Source: Mobula hypostoma (Eukaryota). Taken from it: 64,000 bases of DNA. The first letter of the stretch is position 1; each line of letters begins with the position of its first letter. The notes beneath the pieces are model-generated. The model had not been told where the DNA came from. It did not search any database and saw nothing but the letters and a program-made list of their open reading frames with translations. Shown here piece after piece: positions 62,951 to 64,000 of the stretch. The translations under genes were made by a program, and so were the position numbers. The DNA lies in the NCBI RefSeq assembly GCF_963921235.1, contig NC_086113.1, positions 10,664,001 to 10,728,000 of the forward strand, given 5' to 3'.

Positions 62951-64000
62951 AAAGGAAAATAAGAAAGGCATGCCTTTTCAAGACGTCCTCGATTACTTCG
63001 CAACCAACTGATAAGCCCTTGGTGTTTACACGCTTAAGACCAAAAACTAAAAAAAAGTTGCAAAATGAAGATTACTATTTTGTAAATACAATCGAATTTT
63101 AAAGAAGTTAAGTCATTTTTCGTTCCATTGACGGCGTTTGAAACAAATTTTCACTGAATTTGAAGTGAATGCTGGACACAATTCTTAATTGATTGGATAG
63201 ACATGTTTACGCCTTAACTTCAGAGGTGTAACTATCATTATGATAGGAACGGTGCAATAGTGAACTTTCAGAATCAAACCTTTTCCATCTAAGTAGACGA
63301 ATTTCATTTTGCAAGCACGAAGATACGAAAATCAGGATGAAATGCTCAGAGGATTCTACATTTTTGAATACACATTTCACGAAACGCTCACATTTTCGGG
63401 AATTCTAACAAGAATTGCAATGTTAGCTGGTGTTGAATGAATATAAGAGACAACGGAAAAAGTATGAATTAGTGTTTTAAAAAGTGTTACTTTTAATATT
63501 TCTTTCACTGCGTTGGAACCCGAGAGCAAGATTAAACTTCTGCAATAACTTTACACCATTCACCAACAAGAGCTATGCCGTTTCTGTTGGTTGGCACAGT
63601 CGGTCGGAATGTGTCTAAATGTCTGTCCCATGCTACCTGTAGGTTTGCAAGTTGTGCTAAACAGGATGCTCCTATTATAGTACTATGTCATTTCTGAACA
63701 TGTAAATTAAACCTTCGTACAAATTCAGTGTTTTCCCCACTTCGAAAGGTTAACCAGCCCTTACATGAGGAAAATTATGCTCTATGCTATTCTTATTGAT
63801 GTAAGCTGCATCAGTTACCAATGGCCCTCGTTAAGGGCAATCTTTATAATGCTTCTGATACAACACTGGACTCCGTGAAACCGGACGGTAATTGATAACG
63901 CCAGCTCGCCCCTCTTCCCCACCCCCAACAATCCCTTCCTCACCCGCTCCCACGAAGACTGGAGTGATGAATGAAGGTTTAACTTTATTTTAGTCGTCAA

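Overview
This window is the 3' (anterior) half of a vertebrate HoxA cluster. All genes are on the + strand in colinear order: HoxA7 (exon 2 only), HoxA6, HoxA5, HoxA4, HoxA3, HoxA2 and HoxA1. The six complete genes splice into intact two-exon ORFs with canonical GT-AG phase-1 introns. An intact HoxA6 plus HoxA7, the AT-rich composition, the protein sequences and the repeat types point to a cartilaginous fish, probably a ray (inference). The non-coding DNA carries recognisable Hox cis-elements: four DR5 retinoic-acid response elements (RAREs), a DR2, CTCF sites including the 5|6 boundary, the Hoxa2 r3/r5, r4 and r2 enhancers, the Hoxa4 intronic HB1 element, and miR-196, miR-10 and miR-99/100 target sites. 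Recognisable transposon remnants occur only 3' of HoxA1. I found no wholly new protein-coding system. The best leads are regulatory: (1) a Hoxb1-type autoregulatory element (Pbx/Hox-Sox/Oct-Pbx/Hox) and a Hoxb1-type 3' DR2 flanking HoxA1; (2) a probable decayed miR-10 relic upstream of HoxA4; (3) a chain of non-coding exons that could splice across about 39 kb of the cluster into HoxA3, with a possible recursive-splice site; (4) a HOTAIRM1-like antisense first exon; (5) a CCAAT+E-box promoter grammar shared by the promoters; (6) three ~135-140 nt N-runs that seem to fall on ultraconserved elements. Comparisons with mammalian elements rely on remembered sequences and need alignment to confirm.
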